The position numbers and the translations under genes were made by a program. Of a stretch of DNA of 64,000 nt, positions 13,249-31,137 are shown one piece after another; positions within the stretch are counted from its first letter, which is position 1, and every line of letters starts with the position of its first letter. Under the pieces are notes generated by a model that was not told where the DNA came from, ran no database searches, and worked only from the letters and a program-made list of their open reading frames with translations. Source of the stretch: Dehalococcoidia bacterium (GTDB taxonomy: Bacteria; Chloroflexota; Dehalococcoidia; DSTF01; JACRBR01); assembly GCA_041494685.1 (NCBI GenBank), contig JBGQBE010000011.1, positions 1 to 64,000 on the forward strand, in the 5' to 3' direction.

Positions 13249-13560
13249 CTACCGCTCGTTCTCGTACGGGATCGCCATCGCCGGCGCCGGCTGCCCGAAC
13301 CGCGTCCACAGCTTCAGCGCCCCGCGCAGGCTCTCCATCCGCTCCGGCGAGCAGTCGAACCCCTCCAGCAGGCAGCGGTCCAGGTGATACTCCATCAGCC
13401 GCGCCCCCACCAGATCCAGCGCGCTGCGGATCGCCATCGTCTGCGTCAGCATGTCCTCGCAGTCGCGGCCCTCTTCCATCATCTTCTGGATGCCGCGCAC
13501 CTGCCCCTCGATGCGGCGCAGGCGGGTCGTGATGTCGTCCGGCAGTGTGCGTTCGGTCAT
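13249..13560 (-). CDS. CsoR/RcnR-family metal-sensing repressor
   Basis: RLRRIEGQVRGIQKMMEEGRDC...HLDRC (C-H-C ligand fingerprint). Confidence 0.9.
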   Translation of the reverse strand: MTERTLPDDITTRLRRIEGQVRGIQKMMEEGRDCEDMLTQTMAIRSALDLVGARLMEYHLDRCLLEGFDCSPERMESLRGALKLWTRFGQPAPAMAIPYENER

Positions 13561-13607
13561 GGTTCGGCTCAATTCCAGGGGCGCTGTAAAATATCCTGCG
13601 TAAGGCC

Positions 13608-13637
13608 TTGACATACCCCTTGGGGGTATATTATCCT
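13608..13637 (+). promoter_or_regulatory. trxA promoter with a CsoR-type operator in the spacer
   Basis: TTGACA (13608-13613); inverted repeat ATACCCC-TTG-GGGGTAT (13613-13629); TATCCT (13632-13637). Confidence 0.8.
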
Positions 13638-13705
13638 CCTGTTGAACCGCCTGTCAACGCCCGCCGGCCACCGGCAGGGTGCGAGTAGAGAAGAAGGAGC
13701 CCGAG

Positions 13706-14029
13706 ATGGCGAAGCCCACCGAAGTCACAGACGCAAATTTCGACACCGAGGTGCTGAAGTCAGACAAGCCCGTGCTGGTCGACTTCTGGGCGCCCTGGTG
13801 CGGCCCCTGCCGCATGGTCGCCCCTATCGTCGATGAGCTCTCCGACGAGTACGACGGCAAGGTGAAGTTCGTCAAGCTCAACACCGACGACAACATCCGC
13901 GTCGCCTCCCAGTACCAGATCCGCAGCATCCCGACGCTGCTCGTCTTCAAGGGCGGCGAGCCCGTCGGCCAGATCATCGGCTTCCGGCCGAAGAGCGACC
14001 TCAAGAAGCGCCTCGACGCCGCGCTCTAG
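13706..14029 (+). CDS. trxA: Thioredoxin
   Basis: [10 protein letters not shown] active site, SIPTL; AAGGAG RBS. Confidence 0.97.
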   Translation: MAKPTEVTDANFDTEVLKSDKPVLVDFWAPWCGPCRMVAPIVDELSDEYDGKVKFVKLNTDDNIRVASQYQIRSIPTLLVFKGGEPVGQIIGFRPKSDLKKRLDAAL

Positions 14030-14129
14030 CCAGCGACCCCGCGGCCGCGTCGCCCGCTCGCGTCACGCGTCGGCGGCGCGGCCCGCACACCCTCACCGGC
14101 CCGGCAGCGCAGCACACGGAGCAGATCCC

Positions 14130-15113
14130 ATGACCACGCCCGACACCTCACCAGCCGCGTACGAGATCGTGATCGTCGGCGGCGGCCCCGCCGGCCTCGC
14201 CGCGGCGCTCTACGCCGCGCGCGCGCGCCGCAGCACGCTCATCCTCGAGCGCAAGGGCACGGGCGGCCAGATCGCGCTCACCTCCGAAGTCGAGAACTAC
14301 CCCGGCATCGACAGCATCAACGGCTTCGACCTCGCCCAGGCCATGCACCAGCAGGCTGAGAAGTACGGCGCCGAGACCGCCTACGCCGAGGTCACGGCCA
14401 TCGACCCGCTGCCCGACGGCCGCCACCTCGTCCGCACCAGCGAGGGCGACTACGCCGCCGGCGCCGTCATCCTCACCGGCGGCGCGGACTACGTCCGCAT
14501 GGGCGTGCCGGGCGAGGAGATCCTCACCGGCCACGGCGTCTCCTACTGCGGCACCTGCGACGCCGCCTTTTTCAAGGACCACGACGTCGCCGTCGTCGGC
14601 GGCGGCGACGCCGCGATGGACGAGGGGCTCTTCGTCGCCCGCTACGCCCGCCGCGTCCGCGTCATCCACCGCCGCGACCAGCTCCGCGCCAGCGCCATCC
14701 TGCAGGAGCGCGCCTTCGCCGAGCCGAAGATGGAATTTATCTGGAACACCGTCGTCGAAGAGGTCCTGGGCGATGGCAGCGTCAGCGGCGTGCGCGTCCG
14801 CAACGTCGTCACCGGCGAGGTGAGCACGCTCGACCTCACCGCCGTCTTCGTGTTCATCGGCATGACGCCCAACACGCAGTACCTGGCCGGCAAGCTCAAG
14901 CTCGACGCCGGCGGCCACATCTACGTCAACGAGTGGATGGAGACCGACGTCCCGGGCATCTTCGCCGCCGGCGACATCCGCGCCAACTCCGCGCGCCAGG
15001 TCGTCAGCGCCGCCGGCGACGGCGCGACCGCCGCCATCCGCGCCGACCACTACATCACCGACCATTTCGGCGCGCGCGCCCACATCGCCGCCACACCCGC
15101 CGCCGGCAGCTAA
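14130..15113 (+). CDS. trxB: Thioredoxin-disulfide reductase
   Basis: GGGPAG, GVSYCGTCD, VGGGDAA, HRRDQLRA, GIFAAGD. Confidence 0.95.
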   Translation: MTTPDTSPAAYEIVIVGGGPAGLAAALYAARARRSTLILERKGTGGQIALTSEVENYPGIDSINGFDLAQAMHQQAEKYGAETAYAEVTAIDPLPDGRHLVRTSEGDYAAGAVILTGGADYVRMGVPGEEILTGHGVSYCGTCDAAFFKDHDVAVVGGGDAAMDEGLFVARYARRVRVIHRRDQLRASAILQERAFAEPKMEFIWNTVVEEVLGDGSVSGVRVRNVVTGEVSTLDLTAVFVFIGMTPNTQYLAGKLKLDAGGHIYVNEWMETDVPGIFAAGDIRANSARQVVSAAGDGATAAIRADHYITDHFGARAHIAATPAAGS

Positions 15114-15147
15114 CGCGCCACGCCGCCGATGATCGCGCCGCGAAACC

Positions 15148-15210
15148 GTAGGGGCGCAGCCTGCTGCGCCCCGCCGTGCGCGCACCGAGCGCGGCGCACC
15201 GCGCCCCTAC
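15148..15210. repeat. REPIN-like pair of inverted GTAG REP units
   Basis: GTAGGGGCGCAGC-CT-GCTGCGCCCC ... CGCCCCTAC between convergent trxB and rpoC. Confidence 0.65.
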
Positions 15211-15320
15211 CCGTAGGCGCCCAGCGTGCGCACGCAAGATCCCCCGCCCCTGCACACTTGATCGCCCTTCCCGTGTCGGGAAGGGCAGGGGGTTAGGTTG
15301 CCCACACACGCGCACACGAA

Positions 15321-15349
15321 GAAGGGGAGCCCCAACGAGGCTCCCCTTC
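15321..15349 (-). terminator. Probable terminator hairpin downstream of rpoC
   Basis: GAAGGGGAGCC...GGCTCCCCTTC stem. Confidence 0.65.
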
Positions 15350-15373
15350 ACTATCTTCCGCTCGTCGTGCCGC

Positions 15374-23801
<8,428 letters not shown>

Positions 23802-23920
23802 GCCGGGCGCGCTCCTATCAATAGCGGTACGGACCGTGATTCCTTGGTGACGGAAATAGTCCCGGTCAGGGACATGCAATGGGGTTCCAAAGGCAAGGGG
23901 GTTCTGTCTAGCCTTGGGTG

Positions 23921-23950
23921 AGTATACAGATAAGGTTCTCGGGGTGTCAA
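23921..23950 (-). promoter_or_regulatory. rpoB promoter
   Basis: Minus strand TTGACA, N18, TATACT. Confidence 0.7.
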
Positions 23951-24154
23951 CCAGCGAATGCTACCGAATCACCCGCCCAAGATGCAACCCCCGGATGTCA
24001 GCCCGTCAGCGCCCGAATCTGTGACCACGTATACGGCCTATGCAGATGATTAATTCGTGCTCGGCCCGACGCGACATAATGTCTATGAGCCGGTCAGCGA
24101 GTCAGCCTGGCAGTCGTTCAGGCCGCCGGATAGTCACCGGTCACTAGCGACCGC

Positions 24155-24952
24155 CTACCAGCGACCGGGAGACCGGACACGTCCTTCCAGGGCAAACGCC
24201 GCCATCTCCACCATGCTCGTCGCCGTGTTCGCCAACAGCCGGTCCCGCAGCCCGCGATGCGGCCGCACGTATGTGATCTTCCGCTCCGCCAGCTTCGCCA
24301 TCCCCTGCGCCAGGTCGATCGCCCCGTCCAGGTCCCCCAGCTCGTCGATCAGCCCCCGCTCCTTCGCCTGCGTCGCCGTGTAGATCTCGCCCGTCGCCAG
24401 CTCGCGCACCGCCTCGCGCGGCATCGACCGCGCCTCGGCCACCAGTTCCACGAAGCGGTCGTAGAACGCGTCCAGCAGCGCCTGCTCCTTCTGCCGCTCC
24501 TCGGCCGTCGGCTCGCGGAAGTTGCTGAACATGTCCTTCAGCCGGCCGGCCTTCGTCACCTCCATGCGCACGCCGATCTTTTCCAGCAGTTCGTACAGCA
24601 TCGGCCGCATCGAGATCACGCCGATCGACCCGATCACCGCCATCGGCACCGCCACGATCTTCGTCGCGCCGCACGCCGCCATGTAGGCGCCGGACGCGCC
24701 CGTCCCGCTGACGAACGCCACCACCGGCTTCTGCTTCGCCACTTTCGCGATCGCCCGGAAGATCGTCTCCGACGCGCCCGCGCCGCCGCCGGGCGAGTCG
24801 ATGTCGATCACCAGCGCCCGGATCCGTTTGTTCTCCTCGATCGCACGCAGCATCCGCACGTACTCCGCCGTCCGCGACGGCTGCCCGATCGCGCCGAACA
24901 GCTCCGCGACCGCGATCCGCTCCGGGTTCAGGTTCAGCATGGCGGCAAGCAT
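24155..24952 (-). CDS. sppA: Signal peptide peptidase SppA (S49 family)
   Basis: IDSPGG, ASGAYMAA, GSIGV, KAGRLKD, GLIDELG. Confidence 0.9.
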   Translation of the reverse strand: MLAAMLNLNPERIAVAELFGAIGQPSRTAEYVRMLRAIEENKRIRALVIDIDSPGGGAGASETIFRAIAKVAKQKPVVAFVSGTGASGAYMAACGATKIVAVPMAVIGSIGVISMRPMLYELLEKIGVRMEVTKAGRLKDMFSNFREPTAEERQKEQALLDAFYDRFVELVAEARSMPREAVRELATGEIYTATQAKERGLIDELGDLDGAIDLAQGMAKLAERKITYVRPHRGLRDRLLANTATSMVEMAAFALEGRVRSPGRW

Positions 24953-25120
24953 GGCGTCTCCTAGCAAAGCAACAGAAGGGCAGGGGATAGCGATCCGAGT
25001 GTATGAGCGCGCCGTGAACGGGTCAATTCCGGCGAGGATATTGACTACCGACTGCGAACTGGCGATGGACGTGGCGGGACGTTCGTCCGGGTCTCGCGGT
25101 TGTCGCTCAGGGCGCCCGAT

Positions 25121-25873
25121 CTACTTCACGCGCCTGAGCGCCGCGACGAAGGCGTTCGCGATGACGCGGTGGCCGGCGTCGTTCGGGTGAAAGTCCGGGA
25201 TGGCGTCGCTCCAGTGCGTCAACGTCCTTCCCTTGCCCTCGAACGCGGCGGCCGTGACGGCGACGCCGGTGTGCGGATAGCGCGCGGCCACGCGCCGAAG
25301 CGCCGCGTCGAGACGCGCGAGCACGACGTGGGCTGACGCCTCCCACGAGCCGCCCGTGCCGGAGAAGAAGTTCGGATACAGCAGCACGACGACCGGCGTC
25401 TTCGGGTACGCGAGGCGCAGCTTCCGCATGATCTCGCCGATGTTCTCCTCCACCCGCCCCAGCGCATCGTCGAGCGCGCACGCCGGCGGCGCCGGGTCCT
25501 GCCCGCAGGCGGGAACCGCCAGGAGTTCGCCGACGTCGTTGAAGCCGGCGGAGATCGTGATGAACGCGGGCTGTCCGCCGTAGGCTGGCGGCAGCACCGG
25601 CGGCAACTGCCTGTCGATCACGTCGCGCGTCGTCGCGCCTCCGACGGCGAGGTTGTCCACCGCGAGGTTGCCCTCATCCCGCGCCAGCAGCTCCACGAAG
25701 CCCAGCGCGGGATCGCTCGCCCCCTGTCCCTGCGCGATCGAGTCGCCGAGCGAGATGTACCTGCCGGTGTACACGCGCGGGGACGAATCGCCGCACGCCG
25801 CCGCCCCTGCGAGCGCCACCGGCACAACGCCGGCCAACAACCGCAGCAGCGCCAGGACTGGGTGATGACGCAT
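25121..25873 (-). CDS. SGNH/GDSL hydrolase, probable lipoprotein
   Basis: LGDSI, GFND and DFHPN blocks; signal ending in AAAC. Confidence 0.85.
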   Translation of the reverse strand: MRHHPVLALLRLLAGVVPVALAGAAACGDSSPRVYTGRYISLGDSIAQGQGASDPALGFVELLARDEGNLAVDNLAVGGATTRDVIDRQLPPVLPPAYGGQPAFITISAGFNDVGELLAVPACGQDPAPPACALDDALGRVEENIGEIMRKLRLAYPKTPVVVLLYPNFFSGTGGSWEASAHVVLARLDAALRRVAARYPHTGVAVTAAAFEGKGRTLTHWSDAIPDFHPNDAGHRVIANAFVAALRRVK

Positions 25874-25996
25874 GACATCTCCATCCTCGCTGCCGACCCC
25901 GCCCGGCGGTGCATGCCCGCATCGTACCAACCACCGACTGCCAACTACCGACTCCCGGCTCCCAACTCCCACGCCCCAACCCGCTATCCTGTACCC

Positions 25997-27148
25997 ATGA
26001 GCAGCGACACGCCGCCGCCCGCGCAACAGCCCCCAACCGCTGCCGACGTCGCCCGTTTCCGCAAGAACTACCAGGGCGAGATCGACGGTGTCGAGATCTA
26101 CCGCCGCCTCGCCCGCGCCGAGAAGGATCCCGCGCGCGCCGCCATCTTCCTCGAGCTCGCCGAAACCGAGAAGACGCACCTCCAGAACTGGGTCGACCGC
26201 CTGCGCGCCGCCGGCGTCGAGCCGCCGAACGTGGGCCCATCGTTTCGCATCCGTGCGCTCGGCTTCCTCGCCGACCGCCTCGGCCCGCGCGCCGTCCTGC
26301 CCATGGTCAGCGCCATGGAGTCCACCGGCTTCGACAACTACATGGCCCAGCCCGAGGCCGGCCCCGACATGGCCCGCGACGAGCGATCGCACTCCCGCAC
26401 GCTCTCAACGATGTACTCGCCCGGCGGCGACACCGACGTCGCCGGCATCGCCCGCGGCGAGTCCTGGCACCGCGTCGACACCGGCGGCCAGCTCCGCGCC
26501 GCCATCTTCGGCGTCAGCGACGGCCTGCTCTCCAACCTCAGCCTCGTCATTGGCATCGCCGGCGCAAACCCCGAAGGCCGCTTCATCATCCTCGCCGGCG
26601 TCGCCGGCCTCCTCGCCGGCGCCTTCTCCATGGGCGCGGGCGAGTACATCTCCGTCACCTCCCAGCGCGAGCTGTTCGAGCGACAGATCGAACTCGAACG
26701 CGAGGAGCTGGAGTCCGACCCGGAGCAGGAGCGCCGCGAGCTGGCGCTGATCTACCGCGCCAAGGGCCTCCCCCCCGAGGAGGCCGAGTCGCTCTCGACG
26801 CGCATCCTCGCCGACCGCGGCGTCGCGCTCGAGACGCTCGCGCGCGAGGAACTGGGCCTCAACCCGGAGGGCCTCGGCTCCCCGTGGGGCGTCGCGATCT
26901 CGTCGTTCCTCGCGTTCGCCTCCGGCGCGATCATCCCCGTGATCCCCTGGTTCTTCGGCTCCGGCACCGCCAACTTCGTCGCGTCCGTCCTGCTCGGTTG
27001 CGTCGCGATGTTCGGCGTCGGCGCGGCCGTCTCGCTCTTCACGGGCCGCAACCCGCTCTTCGCCGGCGGGCGCCAGCTCGCCATCGGCGGCGCGGCAGCG
27101 GCCGTGACGTTCAGCATCGGCAAGCTGATCGGCGTCAGCACGTCGTAG
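25997..27148 (+). CDS. VIT1/CCC1 iron transporter with an N-terminal ferritin/rubrerythrin-like domain
   Basis: ExxH motifs (ETEKTH, DERSH); LRAAIFGVSDG; AFSMGAGEYIS. Confidence 0.9.
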   Translation: MSSDTPPPAQQPPTAADVARFRKNYQGEIDGVEIYRRLARAEKDPARAAIFLELAETEKTHLQNWVDRLRAAGVEPPNVGPSFRIRALGFLADRLGPRAVLPMVSAMESTGFDNYMAQPEAGPDMARDERSHSRTLSTMYSPGGDTDVAGIARGESWHRVDTGGQLRAAIFGVSDGLLSNLSLVIGIAGANPEGRFIILAGVAGLLAGAFSMGAGEYISVTSQRELFERQIELEREELESDPEQERRELALIYRAKGLPPEEAESLSTRILADRGVALETLAREELGLNPEGLGSPWGVAISSFLAFASGAIIPVIPWFFGSGTANFVASVLLGCVAMFGVGAAVSLFTGRNPLFAGGRQLAIGGAAAAVTFSIGKLIGVSTS

Positions 27149-27247
27149 GAACTCGGGTGCCACCCACGCTGGTTCGTGGGGAAACCCTTACCCGCCGTCC
27201 ACTCCGCCCCTCGTTCTCCGGGGCACGGCAGCCGATACTCCAGTGCC

Positions 27248-27691
27248 ATGCCGCTCTTTCGGACCAACCGCCGGGCAGCTCCCGATCCACCGGCGCAGGC
27301 GCGCGCCGAGACGATCGCGCGCGAAACATCAGACGCGTTCGCAGCCGAGCGGCGCGGCCCACTTCCGGATGAGGGGCTCGTGGCGTTCTGCCTGCGTCCG
27401 CAGGTCATGCTCGGCCGGCTCTCGCGCGACGAGATCGACCTCGCCGGCAGCACCATCGCCTCGCGCCTCCGGCAGGAAGACGGCTTCGACCTTCGCGCCG
27501 ACGGCGCCTTCATCGTCGTGCTGGCGAACACCGATCGCGGCACGGCGCAGATCGTCGCGCGGCGCCTCGCCAACGAGATCACCCGCCGCAGCGCCGCGGT
27601 CAACCAGCGCAAATGGGTCGCCGAGACCGTGGAAGACCGCGGCGACGCGCCGCGGGAAGCGCCGTCCGCCGAGGCCGCGCCGCGCGCCTGA
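27248..27691 (+). CDS. Hypothetical protein, degenerate GGDEF-like fold
   Basis: LRQED...RADGAFIVVLANTD...ARRL pattern. Confidence 0.5.
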   Translation: MPLFRTNRRAAPDPPAQARAETIARETSDAFAAERRGPLPDEGLVAFCLRPQVMLGRLSRDEIDLAGSTIASRLRQEDGFDLRADGAFIVVLANTDRGTAQIVARRLANEITRRSAAVNQRKWVAETVEDRGDAPREAPSAEAAPRA

Positions 27692-27798
27692 CGACGCCCG
27701 CCGCGTTTCTTCTATCCACGCTCGATCCCGTACACTGGGGCGCGGCGACCCCGCAGGCGCGGGGTTTGTCCATGTTTCGGGAGGAGCGTTTCGGGGTC

Positions 27799-28830
27799 AT
27801 GTCACCGCATCAGGCCGGCAAGCAGTTCAACGTCGCCGTCGTCGGCGCCACCGGGGTCGTGGGGCTCGAATTCCTCAAGATCGCCACGGAGCGCCGATTC
27901 CCCATCAAGGAGCTGAAGCTCCTCGCGACCGAACGCTCCGCCGGCAAGCAGATCCCCTTCGCGGACCGGCACGTGACCGTCGAGGCCACGACGCACCACT
28001 CGTTCAAGGGCGCGGACTTCGTCTTCATCTCGGCCTCCGGCGCGGCGTCGCGTGAGTACGCGCCGATCGCCCGCGACGCCGGCGCGATCGTCATCGACGA
28101 CTCCAGCGTCTGGCGCCAGGATCCGGACGTGCCGCTCGTCGCGACCGAGGTCAACGCCGACGACGTCGAGTGGCACAAGGGCATCCTCGCGATCCCCAAC
28201 TGCTCCACGACGCCGCTCGTGCTCTGCCTCTGGCCGCTGCACAAGCTCAACCCCGTCGTCCGCGTCGTCGCCGACACCTACCAGTCCGTCTCCGGCACCG
28301 GCACCGCCGCCGTCCTCGAGCTGGAGGAGCAGTCCCGCAACTGGGCCGAGGGGCGCGAGAGCATCCCCCACGTCTACCCGCACCAGATCGCCTTCAACCT
28401 CCTGCCGCACATCGACTCGTTCATGGACAGCGGCTACACCAGGGAGGAGTGGAAGATGATGGCGGAGACGCGCAAGATCATGCATGAGCCGCACCTGCCG
28501 CTCTCCGCGACCTGCGTGCGCGTGCCCGTCTTCCTGAGCCACAGCCTCGCCGTGCACGCCGAGTTCGAGCGCCCGATGACCGCCGACCGCGTGCGCGAGA
28601 TCCTGCACGACGCGCCCGGCGTCGTCGTCCAGGACGAGCCGGACGTCAACCTCTACCCGACGCCGCGCGCCGCCGCCGGGCACGATCCGGTCTACGTCGG
28701 CCGCATCCGCCAGGACTCGTCGAAGCCCAACGGCATCGCCATGTGGATCTCGAACGACAACATCCGCAAGGGCGCCGCCCTCAACGCGATCCAGATCGCC
28801 GAGGAGATGATCAAGCGCCGCCTCGTCTGA
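27799..28830 (+). CDS. asd: Aspartate-semialdehyde dehydrogenase
   Basis: VGATGVVG, PNCST, YQSVSG, ATCVRVPV, DNIRKGAALNA. Confidence 0.96.
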   Translation: MSPHQAGKQFNVAVVGATGVVGLEFLKIATERRFPIKELKLLATERSAGKQIPFADRHVTVEATTHHSFKGADFVFISASGAASREYAPIARDAGAIVIDDSSVWRQDPDVPLVATEVNADDVEWHKGILAIPNCSTTPLVLCLWPLHKLNPVVRVVADTYQSVSGTGTAAVLELEEQSRNWAEGRESIPHVYPHQIAFNLLPHIDSFMDSGYTREEWKMMAETRKIMHEPHLPLSATCVRVPVFLSHSLAVHAEFERPMTADRVREILHDAPGVVVQDEPDVNLYPTPRAAAGHDPVYVGRIRQDSSKPNGIAMWISNDNIRKGAALNAIQIAEEMIKRRLV

Positions 28831-29106
28831 GCCGGCGGGCAGAACCAAGACGTTGGAACCGAGAACCTATTGGGCGGCGGTTCTAGGTTCTTGGTTCTAA
28901 CGTCCGGGTTCTTGGCTCCCGGAGCCTGGGTTCTCGTCGCGAGAGATCGTAGAATCGGACCAGGCACTTGGATACGTGGAATCGAAACCGCCACAACCAG
29001 GAACTCGCAACCTCGGTACCTAATCGCGACCGTCACGGGTCGACGGCCCTAGGCCCGAGGTTCTAAGTTCTAGGTTCTAAGTTCTTCCGAGCGAAGCGAG
29101 GACCGC

Positions 29107-30000
29107 ATGGAACTGGGACGCGTCATCACCGCTATGGTCACGCCCTTCGGCCCGGACGGCGCCGTCGACTACGCCCAGGCGCGCCGCCTCGCGCTCGCCC
29201 TGCTCGACTCCGGCTCCGACGCCCTCGTCGTCACCGGCACCACCGGTGAGGCGCCCACGCTCTCCATGCCCGAGAAAATCCGCCTCTGGGGCGAGATCAA
29301 GGACGCCATCCGCGGCCGCGGCGCGATGATCGCCGGCGCGGGCGACAACTGCACCGCCGACAGCGTCGAGTTCAGCCGCGAGGCCGTGCGCGCCGGCGCC
29401 GACGCGCTGCTGCTCACCGTGCCCTACTACAACAAGCCCACGCAGGAGGGCATGTATCGCCACTTCGCCGCCATCGCCGCGGCGGTCGACGTGCCGTGCA
29501 TCCCCTACAACATCCCCGGCCGCACCGGCGTCAACATGACCGTCGAGACGCAGGTGCGTCTCTCCGGCATCGGCAACGTCGCCGGCGTCAAGGAGTCCAG
29601 CGGCAACATGGCGCAGATCGCCCGCATCGTCGAGGAGACGGGGCCGCGCTTCCGCATCTGGTCCGGCAACGACGAGGACACCTTCAACGTCGTCGCGCTC
29701 GGCGGCTACGGCGTCATCAGCGTCGCCACCCACCTCGTCGGCCGCCAGATCGCGGCGATGGTCGCCGGCCTCGCCGCCAGCCGCACCGCCGACGCCGCCG
29801 CGATCCATCGCCGCCTGCTGCCGCTGATCGACGCGCTCTTCTGCGTCACCAGCCCGATCCCCGTCAAGCACGCGCTCAACCAGATCGGCTTCGCCGTCGG
29901 CGGCTACCGCCTGCCCCTCTGCGAGCCCGACGACGCCTCCGCCGCCCGCATCGTCGCCGAGGTCCGCCGCCACAAGATCGACCTGCCGCTCCCGGTGTGA
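29107..30000 (+). CDS. dapA: 4-hydroxy-tetrahydrodipicolinate synthase
   Basis: AMVTPF, GTTGE, PYYNKP, YNIPGRT, GVKES. Confidence 0.95.
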   Translation: MELGRVITAMVTPFGPDGAVDYAQARRLALALLDSGSDALVVTGTTGEAPTLSMPEKIRLWGEIKDAIRGRGAMIAGAGDNCTADSVEFSREAVRAGADALLLTVPYYNKPTQEGMYRHFAAIAAAVDVPCIPYNIPGRTGVNMTVETQVRLSGIGNVAGVKESSGNMAQIARIVEETGPRFRIWSGNDEDTFNVVALGGYGVISVATHLVGRQIAAMVAGLAASRTADAAAIHRRLLPLIDALFCVTSPIPVKHALNQIGFAVGGYRLPLCEPDDASAARIVAEVRRHKIDLPLPV

Positions 30001-30052
30001 GCGAGCGCGCCGGTGTGACAAGCTGAAAATGCTGACCCGCTAAAGGGCTCCC

Positions 30053-31063
30053 ATGTCCCTCATCCTCGGCATCGAGACCTCCTGCGACGAGACGGCCGCC
30101 GCCGTGGTTGCCGACGGACGCGCGCTGCGCTCCAACGTCATCGCCTCGCAGTTCCACCTCCACGCCCAGCACGGCGGCGTCGTCCCCGAGGTCGCCGCCC
30201 GCCACCACCTCGAAGTGATCCTGCAGGTCATCGACGCCGCGCTCTCCGACGCCGGCGCGGCGTGGCGCGACCTGTCCGGCGTCGCCGTCACCGCCGGGCC
30301 GGGGCTCGCCGGCGCGCTGCTCGTCGGCGTCAACACCGCGAAGACGCTCGCCTGGGCCCACGACGTGCCGCTGCTCGGCGTCCACCACCTGGAGGCGCAC
30401 CTCTACGCCAACTGGCTCGAGGTCGAAGGCCGCCCGTACGCCGAGCCGGAGCTGCCCGCCGTCGGGCTGATCGTCTCCGGCGGTCACACCGACCTGATCC
30501 TCATGCGCGGCCACGGCGACTACGTCCGCCTCGGCCGCACGCGCGACGACGCCGCCGGCGAGGCCTTCGACAAGGTCGGCCGCCTGCTCGGCCTCGGCTT
30601 CCCCGGCGGCCCGGCGATCGAGCGGGTAGCCCGGGGCGCACCCGCGAAGCTGCCGTTCCGCCTGCCGCGCGCCTGGCTCAAGGGCAGCGACGACTTCTCC
30701 TTCAGCGGCCTCAAGACCGCCGTGCTGCACACCGTCCGCGGCGAACGCGGCGCGCCGCCGCCGGCGCCGGCCATCGCCGCCGCGTTCCAGTCGTCCGTCG
30801 TCGACGTGCTGACGAAGAAAGCGGTCGCCGCCGCCCTGCGCGAGGGCGCGCGCAGCATCCTGCTCTCCGGCGGCGTCGCCGCGAACGCCGCCCTGCGGCA
30901 GCTGCTGATCGACCGCTCGCCCCTGCCCGTGTTCGCGCCGCCGCCCGTCCTCTGCACCGACAACGGCGCCATGATCGCCGCCTGCGCCCACTACCGCTTC
31001 GACGCCCTCCGCGCCGGTCCGGACCTCGACCCGAAGCCCGGCGGCTGGCGCTGGGCGGGGTAG
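30053..31063 (+). CDS. tsaD: tRNA N6-threonylcarbamoyltransferase
   Basis: GIETSCDET, GGVVPE, HHLEAH, VSGGHT, CTDNGAMI. Confidence 0.96.
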   Translation: MSLILGIETSCDETAAAVVADGRALRSNVIASQFHLHAQHGGVVPEVAARHHLEVILQVIDAALSDAGAAWRDLSGVAVTAGPGLAGALLVGVNTAKTLAWAHDVPLLGVHHLEAHLYANWLEVEGRPYAEPELPAVGLIVSGGHTDLILMRGHGDYVRLGRTRDDAAGEAFDKVGRLLGLGFPGGPAIERVARGAPAKLPFRLPRAWLKGSDDFSFSGLKTAVLHTVRGERGAPPPAPAIAAAFQSSVVDVLTKKAVAAALREGARSILLSGGVAANAALRQLLIDRSPLPVFAPPPVLCTDNGAMIAACAHYRFDALRAGPDLDPKPGGWRWAG

Positions 31064-31137
31064 GGGAGTTGGGAGCGGGGAGTTTGTAGTTGGGAGTTAG
31101 CAGACAACAGACAACAGACAACAGACAACAGATCTGT

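Noticed and set aside
31061..31132. CRISPR array
   Set aside because: Only 7-mer tandem repeats; no repeat-spacer structure or cas genes recognised anywhere in the window
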